DNA from: Mytilus californianus
Lineage: Eukaryota
NCBI RefSeq assembly: GCF_021869535.1
Contig: NW_026262581.1
Location: 80,476,001 to 80,540,000 of the forward strand
Direction: 5' to 3'
Length of the DNA: 64,000 nucleotides
Part shown: one piece after another, positions 63,365-64,000 of the stretch
How the letters are laid out: each line of letters begins with the position of its first letter
Numbering within the stretch: position 1 is the first letter of the stretch
Translations under genes and position numbers: made by a program
Notes under the pieces: generated by a model
Seen by the model: only the letters and a program-made list of their open reading frames with translations
Databases searched by the model: none
Told to the model about the DNA's origin: nothing

Positions 63365-63630
63365 CGGGACTACCATTTGAATTTCTGTGGTGGGGAGGGG
63401 GTGCCAGGAAAATTATGAAAATGAATATCCTGGCCTGGTAAGAGCTGAAAATAAATAGTCTTGCATTATTAGTCTAAATAGGATGAAAATGAATATTCTG
63501 CAACACAAAATGTATGAAACAATTGTGTACAAAAGGGGAAAAAAGGGGAAAAAAGTAGCAACAGATGAAATTGAATGTTCAATCCGCAAATATATCCTCA
63601 TCCTTTTTCCCCCAGAATATGGTCGTCCCC
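63365..63630. mobile_element. Intact TIR MITE with TTA target duplication (PIF/Harbinger- or Zator-like)
   Basis: TTA|CGGGACTACCATTT ... ATATGGTCGTCCCC|TTA. Confidence 0.7.
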
Positions 63631-64000
63631 TTAGTTTAATGGAACATTTTACACATTTCATTACGGTATGGAACTTGAACGACCCTAACATATCGTGTTA
63701 TTCAATATTATACATGATGGTAGAATCACAGAATCCATCTTTTTTTATTTCTACCCGACAATAACACATATTCCAGGCATGAATTTGGATAGCTCATATT
63801 GAAAATAGTATGTGTTATACTTTTTAATAAGACCGTATTGCAACACCTTAACCACAATTTCAGATTGCTGTAGTTCGAGACACTAACAAATATTTCACAG
63901 GTGAATTATCCAACCTTTCCATCAGTTTCAGTAAAACTACCTCCGAAGAACTTTAGTTTTGAAAATACATGATAGATTACAAGCACAACAGTTGTCCTAG

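Overview
AT-rich, repeat-dense animal genomic DNA. The repeat families and gene types point to a bivalve, most likely a mytilid mussel (inferred from recalled repeat families, not from a search). Host genes: two tandem, intact, type II membrane copper amine oxidase paralogues (+, 48305-52102 and 53177-57059, two coding exons each); an intact B-box/coiled-coil/beta-propeller gene (-, 34271-35824) with a 5'-truncated, frameshifted duplicate (-, 30549-31411) inside a ~3.2 kb tandem duplication; and a double B-box/coiled-coil gene (-, 57825-58883). A 5.2 kb 42-bp minisatellite lies just upstream of the first amine oxidase. The rest is transposon debris: an RTE-X-like LINE, SINEs, MITEs and a HINE-like element. 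The main result is RNA structure inside the repeats. (1) A decayed Naiad-type Penelope-like retroelement (23616-25753) has an in-frame UGA, a SECIS-like hairpin just after its stop codon, and a circularly permuted (P5-type) twister ribozyme fold in its 3' region. In that fold P1 is replaced by two tandem palindromes. (2) The same twister architecture recurs in several diverged short repeat families, with covarying stems, pseudoknots and palindromes. (3) A 540-bp tandem array (13012-14452) carries a minimal type I hammerhead in each full unit, and the array boundary coincides with the predicted cleavage site. (4) Decayed hammerhead retrozyme monomers are scattered through the window. All RNA folds were read by eye; none was computed or assayed.
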